A DNA stretch of 64,000 nt from Spirochaetota bacterium (GTDB lineage Bacteria > Spirochaetota > UBA4802 > UBA5550): the NCBI GenBank assembly GCA_016933025.1, contig JAFGBT010000015.1, positions 78,064 to 142,063 on the forward strand, read 5' to 3'. The notes under the pieces were generated by a model that was not told the origin of the DNA, made no database searches, and saw only the letters and a list, made by a program, of their open reading frames with translations. Position numbers and translations under genes: made by a program. Shown here in pieces: positions 28,639 through 38,216 of the stretch. How positions within the stretch are numbered: position 1 is the stretch's first letter; each line of letters opens with the position of its first letter.

Positions 28639-29604
28639 ATGGCGGCGTTACTGGAAGTCAAAAACCTGTGTGTCCGGTTCCCCCAGTCGGAGGGGGATGT
28701 TCTCGCGGTGCGGGACGTTTCGTTCTCCCTCCAGAGGGGCCGGACCCTTGGTTTCGTGGGGGAATCCGGGTGCGGCAAGTCGGTCACCGCGTATTCGGTC
28801 CTCCGTCTCGTTCCCCCGCCGGGGGTGATTGACGCCGGCGCGATATCCTACCAGGGGCGCGATATCATCGGCATGGACGACGAAGAGATCAGGAAGGTGC
28901 GGGGGAAGGAGATCGCCATGATCTTCCAGGAGCCGATGACCTCGCTCAATCCCGTGTTCACCGTGGGGTACCAGATTGCGGAGAACATTATCCTCCACCT
29001 GGGGATGCGGAAGCGGGAGGCGAGAGAGTATTCGGTCGAGTTGCTCAACAGCGTGGGCATACCCGACCCCGCGGACCGGTTCAATTCATATCCCCATGAG
29101 CTGTCCGGCGGCATGCGCCAGCGGGCGATGATCGCCATGGCGCTTTCAACGTCGCCGTCAGTACTGATCGCCGACGAGCCTACCACGGCGCTTGACGTCA
29201 CCATACAGGCCCAGATACTCGATCTTCTTCTCAGGCTTCAGGCGGAGCGGCGCATGTCGCTCCTCCTTATCACCCATGATCTCGGGATTGTGGCGAATAT
29301 CGCGGATGAAATCGCGATCATGTACGCCGGGGAGATCGTTGAATTCGGGAAAACACGGGACATCTTCAGGAAGCCGGGACATCCCTACACGCGCGGCCTC
29401 TTTCGTGCGATCCCGCGCATAGGGAGGAAGAAGGCGGAACTCAGGACAATCCCCGGGACAGTTCCCTCCATGACGGCTGTGCCCGCCGGGTGCGTTTTCT
29501 CACCCCGGTGCGACAGCAGGATCGCTCGGTGCGACCGGTCGCCTGTCGGGCTGTCGCGCCGCAAGGGCCGCGCCGTCCGGTGCATTCGCTATAAGGCGAA
29601 TTGA
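28639..29604 (+). CDS. ABC transporter ATP-binding protein (OppD/DppD oligopeptide type).
   Basis: Walker A GESGCGKS. Signature LSGGMRQR. Walker B LLIADEPTTALD. C-terminal oligopeptide-ABC extension. Confidence 0.85.
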   Translation: MAALLEVKNLCVRFPQSEGDVLAVRDVSFSLQRGRTLGFVGESGCGKSVTAYSVLRLVPPPGVIDAGAISYQGRDIIGMDDEEIRKVRGKEIAMIFQEPMTSLNPVFTVGYQIAENIILHLGMRKREAREYSVELLNSVGIPDPADRFNSYPHELSGGMRQRAMIAMALSTSPSVLIADEPTTALDVTIQAQILDLLLRLQAERRMSLLLITHDLGIVANIADEIAIMYAGEIVEFGKTRDIFRKPGHPYTRGLFRAIPRIGRKKAELRTIPGTVPSMTAVPAGCVFSPRCDSRIARCDRSPVGLSRRKGRAVRCIRYKAN

Positions 29605-29605
29605 A

Positions 29606-29851
29606 TTAGCTGAGTTCCTCCAGCCGCGCGGCGAAGCTTTCCACGTTCATTTTCCGGTTCTCACTAAGCATGAGATAGATTTCCTCGGCTATCACGGAGG
29701 CGATCATCTCCTTGGCGGAGGCCTCATCGTGGCCATTTTCAAGGAGCCGATCAAAGGCGGCTTTGGTTACCGGCGGATCGTTGTCCCTGATCTGCGTCTC
29801 CACCGACTGGATTACGATTTTATGTAGATTGAAATCGTCTTCGATATTCAT
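29606..29851 (-). CDS. Hypothetical small protein.
   Basis: 81-aa ORF from MNIEDD. No recognisable domain. Confidence 0.35.
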   Translation of the reverse strand: MNIEDDFNLHKIVIQSVETQIRDNDPPVTKAAFDRLLENGHDEASAKEMIASVIAEEIYLMLSENRKMNVESFAARLEELS

Positions 29852-30073
29852 CGCATGTCCCCCCACGCGTTTTGTACTTCATGCTTTCTGCCGGGCCACG
29901 GCTGTTCGCTGCCCCGAGGTAATCATTCTACAGTAATGCAGAATTATTACAAGAAAAATTCCATCCTGAAATACATGAGTTTTTATCGTCAGTAATGATC
30001 TATTTTTACCGATTTTTTGAGCAGCGAGCCCCGTTGTAGGGCGGAAGAGGCGCGGGGCCGGTAGGGCCGTTAT

Positions 30074-31588
30074 TCACACGTCGTAGTTCCGCTGGAGGTT
30101 CTTGTAGGACAGGGCCTCGAGTATATGGTTTTTCCTGATGGTGCCCCCGCCCGCGAGGTCCGCGATGGTGCGCGCGGTTTTCAGTATTTTGAAAAACGAG
30201 CGGGCCGTAAGGGCGGTGCGCATGACAGCGGCCTCCAGCACCGCCTCGGCGTCAGCGTCAAGCCGGCAGTGGTCTCGGATCTCCCCGGGCGTCATCCGGG
30301 AATTGTAGCGCGTCGCGCTCTCGTCGAACCGATTTTTCTGCCTTTCCCGCGCGGTTTTCACACGCTCAAGTATAGCCGCTGATTTCTCGCAGGAATGAAC
30401 CTCGAGAAGGTCCCGGTGGGGGACCCTCCCCACCAGCACCTCGATGTCGATCCGGTCAAGGATGGGGCCCGCGATCTTCTGGAAGTGGCTCCTCACCTGG
30501 TGCGGCGGGCAGACGCAGGGGATCTCGCCGTCGAAGAGATAGCCGCACCGGCACGGGTTGCTCGCCGCCACCAGCATGAAGTCAGCCGGGAACCGGAACG
30601 TACCGAGGGCGCGCGATACCGTTATCTCGTAGTCCTCGAGGGGCTGGCGGAGCGCCTGGATTACGTTGTTTTTAAATTCCACGAATTCGTCCAAAAAGAG
30701 GACACCATTGTGCGACAGTGAGACCTCGCCTACAGTGGGGAACGTTCCCCCGCCGGCGAGGGCCACGTCGGAAGAGGTGTGGTGCGGCGAACGGAAGGGT
30801 GGATGTGTGATAAGGCCACCCCCTGATTTGAGTTCACCGCCCACACTGTGTATCATCGTGGTTTCGATTGCCTGCTCTTTTCCGAGCGGCGGCAGGATCG
30901 AGGGTATCCGCTTGGCCAGCATGGTCTTTCCCGATCCGGGCGAACCGTACAGGAGGATGTTGTGGTGCCCGGCGGCGGCTATCTCAATGGCTCGCTTGGC
31001 CGTCTCCTGCCCCCTGACATCGGAAAAATCCGGGCCGGCGTGGGGGTCATCACATTCCCTGCCGTCGCGGAACGGACCGAACTCACCCCGAAGCACCGAC
31101 AGAGTCTCGGCGAGTGTTTTGACCGGGAAGACCTCGATCTCCCGTATTGCCGCGGCCTCATGCCGGTTTTCGTACGGCACGATAACGGAGCGGTATCCGC
31201 CGCGGTAGATGGCAATCGTCATCGATATGACGCCTCGCACCGGCTTGACCCGTCCGTCAAGTGAAAGCTCGCCCACCATCGGTATGGCCGCCGGGTCGAT
31301 GCCGGCCTGACCCGTTGCGTGCAGAATCGACATGGCGACCGGCAGGTCGTAGGTGGCCCCCTGTTTCTTGAAGCCGGCCGGGGCCAGGTTGACCACGAAG
31401 TTGCGCGGCGGGAACTCAAACCCCGAGTTCTCTATGGCGGACCTGATCCGTTCGCGGGATTCGCGGATGGTCGAGTCCGGGAGGCCCACAATCGTGAACC
31501 CCGGGAGCCCGCGTATGATGTCGACCTCCACCTCGATAATTCTGGCGTCTATGCCGTGGATCCCGAATGAGATTGATTTGGAGAGCAC
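30074..31588 (-). CDS. YifB/ComM family Mg-chelatase-like AAA+ ATPase.
   Basis: 504 aa. N-terminal Lon-protease-like domain. Walker A GSPGSGKT, Walker B VLFLDE. Confidence 0.9.
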   Translation of the reverse strand: MLSKSISFGIHGIDARIIEVEVDIIRGLPGFTIVGLPDSTIRESRERIRSAIENSGFEFPPRNFVVNLAPAGFKKQGATYDLPVAMSILHATGQAGIDPAAIPMVGELSLDGRVKPVRGVISMTIAIYRGGYRSVIVPYENRHEAAAIREIEVFPVKTLAETLSVLRGEFGPFRDGRECDDPHAGPDFSDVRGQETAKRAIEIAAAGHHNILLYGSPGSGKTMLAKRIPSILPPLGKEQAIETTMIHSVGGELKSGGGLITHPPFRSPHHTSSDVALAGGGTFPTVGEVSLSHNGVLFLDEFVEFKNNVIQALRQPLEDYEITVSRALGTFRFPADFMLVAASNPCRCGYLFDGEIPCVCPPHQVRSHFQKIAGPILDRIDIEVLVGRVPHRDLLEVHSCEKSAAILERVKTARERQKNRFDESATRYNSRMTPGEIRDHCRLDADAEAVLEAAVMRTALTARSFFKILKTARTIADLAGGGTIRKNHILEALSYKNLQRNYDV

Positions 31589-31690
31589 AGGTGTTACCTC
31601 CGGGTTTGTTTGATGGCCCCGGAGGATATACGAACGGGCGTGAGAGATAGTAAAAAAATTTTTTCCAGACCGGGTAATTTTTGATTTAAC

Positions 31691-31741
31691 CCGGGGTCAG
31701 AGTAACGGGTTCCCGATAGTTATCGGTTACTCTGACCCCGG
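31691..31741. repeat. 51-bp nested inverted repeat: CCGGGGTCAGAGTAAC, spacer gggtt, dyad motif CCGATAGTTATCGG (31713-31726), then GTTACTCTGACCCCGG.
   Basis: Arms are exact reverse complements, read directly. Shares the CCGGGGTCAGAGTAA box with 8368-8382. Confidence 0.65.
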
Positions 31742-31746
31742 AACAT

Positions 31747-32682
31747 CTACCGGAGGGAGTCGATTGCCTCCATGACCGCCTCCGGATGGACGAACTGAAC
31801 CATGTGGCCTGTGTTTTTGAGGACATTCAGGCGCGCGTTTCGGATTTTTTTCCGGATATCGATCGAATGCTCCACCGGGACAAGTTTGTCGCTGTCTCCA
31901 TGTATCAGATATACAGGCTTTAAGATGCCCTGACACATCGGCATTATTTCCCCGATGCTCTTGTTGTAATAGACCTCTTCGTGAGCAATGGTCATGATTA
32001 CTTTTGTCTGGAGCCATATCGGGGACCTGGTCTCTATCAGTTCTTTTGATAGAAAAGAACTGTTCGGATCGAATGCCCGCGATAATCCCTCCTCGATCAT
32101 ACCGCTGCCGAGGAGCCGTGAGCCGACCACGGCAAAGCCGCGGCCGATTCCGGGGAGGGTGTTGATTCTGTATATCGGCAAGGGGCCTTCGCCGGGTTTG
32201 CTTCCACCGGCGATCGAAACAAAGCACTTCACCTGCTTCGGGTTCCGGACGGCCATGGCATAGGAAATGCTTCCCCCGTACGAGTGGCCGACCACGATTA
32301 CGTCTTTCAGCTTAAGATGATCGATTAAGAGGAGCGCGATGTCCGCGTTCTGCTTGAGATTATATTCCAGGTCCACAGCGCTGCTGAAGCCGTGCCCGGG
32401 CCGGTCATAGGCCGTTACGCGGTATTGTGCCGCGGCTGCCCGAATGATCGGGTCCCAGTCTTCAATCGAGCCGGGAAGGCCGTGAATGAGGAGAATGTCC
32501 GGACCGTTCCCGGTTTGATAGCACCTGATTTTTTCCCCCGCAATCGATACATAATGTCCCCTGTAGTGCTCCGGAATCCTGATGTCGTCTCCGCTTGCGA
32601 TTCCCATGATAAGTAACGCAATAATCGGGAGAATAAAAATAATGACAATGATAGTCAGAGTTTTTTTCATAGTACCTCCCAC
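31747..32682 (-). CDS. Alpha/beta-fold hydrolase.
   Basis: Signal anchor. LLIHGLPGS and nucleophile elbow GHSYGG. Confidence 0.8.
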   Translation of the reverse strand: MGGTMKKTLTIIVIIFILPIIALLIMGIASGDDIRIPEHYRGHYVSIAGEKIRCYQTGNGPDILLIHGLPGSIEDWDPIIRAAAAQYRVTAYDRPGHGFSSAVDLEYNLKQNADIALLLIDHLKLKDVIVVGHSYGGSISYAMAVRNPKQVKCFVSIAGGSKPGEGPLPIYRINTLPGIGRGFAVVGSRLLGSGMIEEGLSRAFDPNSSFLSKELIETRSPIWLQTKVIMTIAHEEVYYNKSIGEIMPMCQGILKPVYLIHGDSDKLVPVEHSIDIRKKIRNARLNVLKNTGHMVQFVHPEAVMEAIDSLR

Positions 32683-32884
32683 TTCCAGTATCTGTCCATC
32701 AATGAAAATATATGTGTCCGGTAATAATGCCCGGATCGATCCATTAAATCAATAACAAAATAGAAGAAATGTCCGCCTGCCGGTTGTTGAAAGCCACGTC
32801 GCTGATGAATAAAAGGGTAAAATGAGAGGAGAAATCTCGCATTTTTATTTGACAATCGGAGCCGGGAGCCCGCCGTTATAGTGT

Positions 32885-33805
32885 ATGATGCAACTCGGGA
32901 AGATAACAGTCGCTGGCCCCCTCATGCTCGCGCCCATAGCCGGTTTCACCGATTCGCCGTACCGGAGGATCGCGCTCCGGCATGGGGCCGGGCTCGCCGT
33001 GACCGAGCTGGTGTCCGCGGAGGGAATCGTGCGGATGAATCGCAAGACGGCCGAGCTCCTGCGTTTCCACGAGGAGGAGAGGCCCATCGCCATACAGATT
33101 TTCGGAAACAGGCCGGAGGTCATGGCAGACGCCGCCGCGGTTGTTGAGGGCCTGGGCCCCGATCTGATTGATATCAACATGGGCTGCCCGGCGCGGAGGA
33201 TCTGCAATGCCGGTTCGGGCGCGGCTCTCCTTCTGGAGCCGAAGAAAATGTTTGCGATTGCCTCGGCGATCACGGCGAGGGTTCGCCTCCCGGTGACCGC
33301 CAAGATTCGCATCGGCTGGGACCATGAAAACCTCACGTATCGTGACGCGGTGAAGGCGCTTGAAGAAGCCGGCGTGGCGTGTATATTCGTCCACGGCAGG
33401 ACGCGGGCCCAGCAGTACGGGGGCGCGGCTGACTGGGATGTTATAAGGGAAATCGTCGGACGCGCGTCCGTGCCGGTCGTGGGAAACGGCGATATCACGA
33501 CCCATGGCGAGGCGCTTGACCGCATGGAACAGTCCGGCTGCAGGGCGGTCATGATAGGCCGCGGCGCGCTCGGCAATCCATGGATCTTTTCAGGCGAGGC
33601 GCCCGCCATCGCGGAGGTGGTCGCTCTCGTCAAGGAGCACCTTGACCTCATGATTGAATTCTGCGGCGAGCGGGGCATCATCCTCATGAGAAAGCATTTT
33701 GTTCGCTATATCCACGCCTTTCCCGGCGCGCGGACTCTCCGAAAGGAACTGGTCACTGCCGCGACCAGGGAGGAAATACACCGCATACTTGATTCTATCG
33801 TGTGA
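32885..33805 (+). CDS. tRNA-dihydrouridine synthase.
   Basis: 306 aa. LAPIAGFTD, DINMGCP and VHGRTRAQ are Dus family motifs. Confidence 0.85.
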   Translation: MMQLGKITVAGPLMLAPIAGFTDSPYRRIALRHGAGLAVTELVSAEGIVRMNRKTAELLRFHEEERPIAIQIFGNRPEVMADAAAVVEGLGPDLIDINMGCPARRICNAGSGAALLLEPKKMFAIASAITARVRLPVTAKIRIGWDHENLTYRDAVKALEEAGVACIFVHGRTRAQQYGGAADWDVIREIVGRASVPVVGNGDITTHGEALDRMEQSGCRAVMIGRGALGNPWIFSGEAPAIAEVVALVKEHLDLMIEFCGERGIILMRKHFVRYIHAFPGARTLRKELVTAATREEIHRILDSIV

Positions 33806-35717
33806 CCTGTCTGTCGCCTCGCGGTGAGATCAGCGCGTCGATGCGCGCGAGGAGATCGCTGGAGCTAAATGGCTTTATCAGAAAATCATCGACGCCGTAT
33901 GGCATTTCTTTTATTTCTTCCGTAATCTCGGCTCGCGCGGTGAGCATGATGACCGGGATGTGCCTGAGCGCGCCGTCTTCCTTGATCTTCCGGGTCAGGT
34001 CGTAGCCGCTCATCACCGGCATCATCACGTCGGTGATGATAAGCGATGGCATAATCTCGCGCGCCTTATCGAGCCCCTCTTTCCCGTTTGTCGCGCAGTG
34101 GATGATGAACCTTCGCTCGAGGAGGGTGGTGAGGAACTTCCGCATTTCAAGGTTATCCTCCACGATCAGGATGGTCATCCCGGAACCCCCGACCGGGGCA
34201 GGCGGTTCCGCCGGGACGTCGGTATCTTCGATCAGGTCCCGTATCTCCGCGAGCCGGATTTCACGGAAAGTATGCTCTCTGTCCTCGCCCGCCGCGGCTC
34301 TCCGGACGTGTGTAAGGCCCGTGAAGTGGTCGCTTCCTGTGGGGAGGGATATTCGGAAGAGCGTTCCATGGTCCTCGGGATGGTCGTCGATGAATCTGCT
34401 CTCCACGGATATGCTGCCGCCATGCATTTCGATGAATTCCCTCGCGAGGGAGAGACCGATGCCGGTGCCGCCGTACCGGCGCGTCGGGCCCGTGTCGACC
34501 TGGCTGAAACGGTCGAAGATGATGCCGATCCTGTCCGTAGGGATGCCGGTGCCGTTGTCTTCGAATTCGATGATACACCGCCCGCCCTCATCGCGTATGC
34601 GGATGGAGATGGCCCCGCCGGGCGGGGTGAACTTGAGGGCGTTAGAAAAAAGGTTCATGAAAACCTTATCCATCTTTTCGGCGTCAAAGCAGAGAGTTAT
34701 AGAATCGTGCGTCGACGCGATCCCGAGTGATATGCGCCTCAGCTCCGCGACGGGGTTGACTGTGTCGACATATAATCGGATAAAACCGACAATGTCCTTT
34801 TCCGCGACGGTCATGGTCATGCGTCCCGCCTCGAGTTTTGATATGTCAAGAAGATCGTTGACCAGCCTGAGGAGTTTGACGGCGTTGCGCTCTATGTTTT
34901 TAAGGAACCCTTTGTCCCGGTCGACTTCCTGCTCGCCGCGAAGGGCCGATTCGATCGGTGTGAGTATAAGCGTGAGCGGGGTCCTGATCTCGTGCGAGAG
35001 ATTGGAGAAGAAATTCGATTTGATCCGGTCCATTTCCCTCAGCTTTTCATTTGCCATGTTAAGCTCGCCGGTTCGTTCCCGCACTTTTACCTCGAGGTTC
35101 ATGTTTAAATCGAGGTTTTTTTCAATTTCCTCTTCCGCGAGATGGAGGGCGCGCCTGTAGATTCTGAAAATATAGTATGATATCAGGCTGATGAAGACGA
35201 TGGCCGCTGTTACGTCAGCCAGGTAGTCGGAAAGCGCGTAGAGCGAGAGGTTGAACCGGACCTTTGCATAGTAGGCGAAAAAGAGAAATATGATGAGATT
35301 TACGGCTCCGTAGATAAAAATGCTGGATTTTCTCTCCGAGACCACGAGCGGCGTCAGCACAAGGAGCCCGGGGATGTACAGGATCGTGTCAAGGACGACG
35401 AGTGAGTCGGTGTTTGTATTGAAGAAGAGCGTGGTCCAGGCGCCAAGGAGGGTGATACAGAGCACAAGATGCGCCGAAATGCTGAACCGGCCCGCTCTCA
35501 GCAGCAGAATCGCGATGAAGTTCAGAATGAAGCCCGTGGCAAGAGGCCCGATGACGGATATCGAGTTGTCGCCGCGGGCGAGGTTGGTGATTATCAATAT
35601 CAGCATGAACAGCATGATGAGAAAGCCGATCGTGAGAATCACCCTGGATTTTTGCTGGAGGACGAAATCGGTGTTTTCGTATTTTTTAAGAAAGAAACGA
35701 TTTATTTTATTCCACAT
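33795..35717 (-). CDS. Hybrid sensor histidine kinase/response regulator.
   Basis: 640 aa. About 6 N-terminal TM helices. HisKA H-box SHEIRTPL. HATPase motifs (DNGTGI, GGTGIGLS). C-terminal REC domain (ILIVEDN...ITDVMMP). Confidence 0.85.
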   Translation of the reverse strand: MWNKINRFFLKKYENTDFVLQQKSRVILTIGFLIMLFMLILIITNLARGDNSISVIGPLATGFILNFIAILLLRAGRFSISAHLVLCITLLGAWTTLFFNTNTDSLVVLDTILYIPGLLVLTPLVVSERKSSIFIYGAVNLIIFLFFAYYAKVRFNLSLYALSDYLADVTAAIVFISLISYYIFRIYRRALHLAEEEIEKNLDLNMNLEVKVRERTGELNMANEKLREMDRIKSNFFSNLSHEIRTPLTLILTPIESALRGEQEVDRDKGFLKNIERNAVKLLRLVNDLLDISKLEAGRMTMTVAEKDIVGFIRLYVDTVNPVAELRRISLGIASTHDSITLCFDAEKMDKVFMNLFSNALKFTPPGGAISIRIRDEGGRCIIEFEDNGTGIPTDRIGIIFDRFSQVDTGPTRRYGGTGIGLSLAREFIEMHGGSISVESRFIDDHPEDHGTLFRISLPTGSDHFTGLTHVRRAAAGEDREHTFREIRLAEIRDLIEDTDVPAEPPAPVGGSGMTILIVEDNLEMRKFLTTLLERRFIIHCATNGKEGLDKAREIMPSLIITDVMMPVMSGYDLTRKIKEDGALRHIPVIMLTARAEITEEIKEMPYGVDDFLIKPFSSSDLLARIDALISPRGDRQVTR

Positions 35718-36038
35718 GGTCCTCCTGTTTTCAGGGAAACCGGAACTCGGTTTCGGAATACCGAAGGTTTAAAAACATTGAGAAATGGAGTTCCGTCCAC
35801 TCTTATAATTTATATGAATGAAATTCAGATTGTCAATTATAAATAACGAATTTTATCGTCCATAAAAATCTTGACTATATCAAGGTTAATTTTATTAATG
35901 CATCATGCTCCTATGTGGGAGCAGGCCAGATCGACATAATCAGCCATTAGCTGTTCCGGCGCTAATACCCCGCCCAGGGGCGGTCCCCGGGCGGAGCCCG
36001 TATCACCGGCACGGACGCTGTAATTAAGGAGAAAAATT

Positions 36039-37259
36039 GTGAAGTCATGTCCGATTCCCGAGGCAATTGAGGAGATTCGCGCGGGAAGGATAATTATCCT
36101 TGTCGACAACGAGGACCGTGAAAACGAGGGCGACCTAGTCATTGCCGCGGAGTTCTGCACCCCGGAAGTCGTCAATTTTATGGCCACCCATGGGAAGGGG
36201 CTCATTTGCGTGCCTATGACCCAGGAGCGGGCACGGAGCCTTGAACTGGACCTGATGGTGGAGGACAACCAGGACAAGTACGGCACCGCCTTTACTGTCT
36301 CCGTTGACGCGCGCGAGGGCACGACGACCGGCATATCGGCGCATGACCGCGCCGCGACGGTAAAGGTGCTTATCGGCGATACGACCGTTCCCGGCGATCT
36401 CCGCAAACCGGGTCACATTTTTCCGCTTGCGGCCCGCAACGGCGGCGTGCTGGTGCGCGCCGGCCACACGGAGGGGGTGGTTGATCTCACGCACCTGGCC
36501 GGTCTCAGGCCGGCCGGCGTCATCTGCGAGATCCTCAACGAGGACGGCTCCATGGCGCGGCGTCCCGACCTTGACAGCTTTGCCGAGAAGCACCGGCTGA
36601 AGATCGCCACGATAGCGGACCTGATCAAGTTCCGGCAGCACAAGGAGCGGCTGGTGCGCCGCATTTCCGAAGCGGTCCTTCCCACCATGTACGGCGATTT
36701 CAGTATAATCGCCTACGAGACGGAGGTGGGTCAGGCCACCCACGTCGCCCTGGTCAAGGGGAGCGTGGAGGGAAAGGAGAACGTGCTGGTGCGCGTCCAT
36801 TCGGAGTGTCTCACCGGCGACGTTTTCGGCTCGCTTCGCTGCGATTGCGGGTCGCAAATACACCGGGCGATGGAGATGGTCGAGCGCGAGGGCCAGGGGG
36901 TCATCCTCTACATGCGCCAGGAGGGTCGCGGGATAGGCCTCGGCAACAAGATCAAGGCCTATCATCTCCAAGATAAGGGCCTGGACACCGTCGAGGCCAA
37001 CATCGAACTCGGGTTCCCGCCTGACCTCCGTGATTACGGGATCGGAGCCCAGATCCTCGTTGATCTGGGACTCCACAGGATACGGCTTCTGACCAACAAT
37101 CCCAAGAAGGTGATCGGCCTAGACGGCTATGGCCTTGAGATCGTCGAGCGGGTGCCGATTGAGGTTGAGCCCCATGAAAGGAACGTGGATTACCTCCGGG
37201 CGAAGCGCGACAAGATGGGGCACCTGATACTGAGCGAAGATGAACATAAAGATAAATAG
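36039..37259 (+). CDS. ribBA: Bifunctional 3,4-dihydroxy-2-butanone-4-phosphate synthase / GTP cyclohydrolase II.
   Basis: RibB motifs DRENEGDL. RibA Cys triad [24 protein letters not shown] with GTG start. Confidence 0.9.
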   Translation: MKSCPIPEAIEEIRAGRIIILVDNEDRENEGDLVIAAEFCTPEVVNFMATHGKGLICVPMTQERARSLELDLMVEDNQDKYGTAFTVSVDAREGTTTGISAHDRAATVKVLIGDTTVPGDLRKPGHIFPLAARNGGVLVRAGHTEGVVDLTHLAGLRPAGVICEILNEDGSMARRPDLDSFAEKHRLKIATIADLIKFRQHKERLVRRISEAVLPTMYGDFSIIAYETEVGQATHVALVKGSVEGKENVLVRVHSECLTGDVFGSLRCDCGSQIHRAMEMVEREGQGVILYMRQEGRGIGLGNKIKAYHLQDKGLDTVEANIELGFPPDLRDYGIGAQILVDLGLHRIRLLTNNPKKVIGLDGYGLEIVERVPIEVEPHERNVDYLRAKRDKMGHLILSEDEHKDK

Positions 37260-38177
37260 ATGAACAATAACGGGGCAAAGATACTCGTCGTCGACGACGA
37301 GGAGGTGATCCGCTACTCTCTGCAGAAAAAGCTGTCGAGGCTGGGATACAGGGTTATAACGCTGGAGAAGGCCGAGGACGTCCTTTACCTCCTGAAAAAC
37401 GGGGAGAGTGTCGATCTCATCATAACAGACATCAAGCTCAGAAAAATGGACGGCATAGAACTTCTCCGGAGGATCCACAGCCTGGACGAGCCGATCCCGG
37501 TGCTGATCATAACCGGCCACGGGAATGTGGAGGATGCGATCAAGGCGCTCCGCTACGGCGCGAGCGATTTCATCCGCAAGCCGTTTGACATCAATGACGT
37601 GGCGTCGACGGTCCGGGTCATCCTGAACCGCAAGCTCGAGAAGACCATGGCCGAGCGGTTCGCCCGCTACCTGGTCTACACCAAGGGGCGCTTCCGTGTC
37701 CCCATCGACGAATCGATCATCAATGCCATATCCTACCACCTGACCAAGGACCTTGTTCCGTCCGGCATATGCAACAACACCACGGCGGAGAACATCTCGC
37801 TCGCCCTCCAGGAGGCGATCAGCAACGCGATGTTCCACGGCTGCCTTGAGATATCGTCGTCCATACGCGAGGATTACGGCATCAAGGGATACAACGACGA
37901 GATCGAGAGGCGGAAGGCCGACGAACGATATCGCGGCCGGCACGTAACCATATCATACGAATTAAACCGAGACTACATCGAGTATATAATAGAAGACGAA
38001 GGCCCGGGATTTGATTACAACGCGCTCCCGGACCCGAGGGACCCGGAAAATTTTTTCAGAAACAGCGGCCGTGGCCTGCTCATCATACGCATACATATGG
38101 ACGAGGTAAGCTGGAATGAGAAGGGGAACGTCCTGCGCCTCCGCAAGAACCGGGTCGAGCGTAACGGCGTCCATTGA
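37260..38177 (+). CDS. Response regulator: REC domain fused to a GHKL (RsbW/SpoIIAB-like) serine-kinase-type ATPase domain.
   Basis: ATG directly abuts the ribBA TAG (TAGATG). REC motifs VVDDEE and DLIITDIKL. C-terminal GHKL N and G boxes (NAMFHG, IEDEGPGF). Confidence 0.75.
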   Translation: MNNNGAKILVVDDEEVIRYSLQKKLSRLGYRVITLEKAEDVLYLLKNGESVDLIITDIKLRKMDGIELLRRIHSLDEPIPVLIITGHGNVEDAIKALRYGASDFIRKPFDINDVASTVRVILNRKLEKTMAERFARYLVYTKGRFRVPIDESIINAISYHLTKDLVPSGICNNTTAENISLALQEAISNAMFHGCLEISSSIREDYGIKGYNDEIERRKADERYRGRHVTISYELNRDYIEYIIEDEGPGFDYNALPDPRDPENFFRNSGRGLLIIRIHMDEVSWNEKGNVLRLRKNRVERNGVH

Positions 38178-38216
38178 TGAGCGGCCGTTGAGCGGCCTAA
38201 ATGATGGAGGGGGAGT

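Noticed and set aside
35718-36038. Possible FMN (RFN) riboswitch in the 320-bp leader of ribBA.
   Set aside because: Conserved RFN blocks (GGGGCAGGGTGAAATTCCC and GCCGACAGTGAAAGTCTGGATG) are not present. Only a loose CCGGCGCTAATA resemblance.
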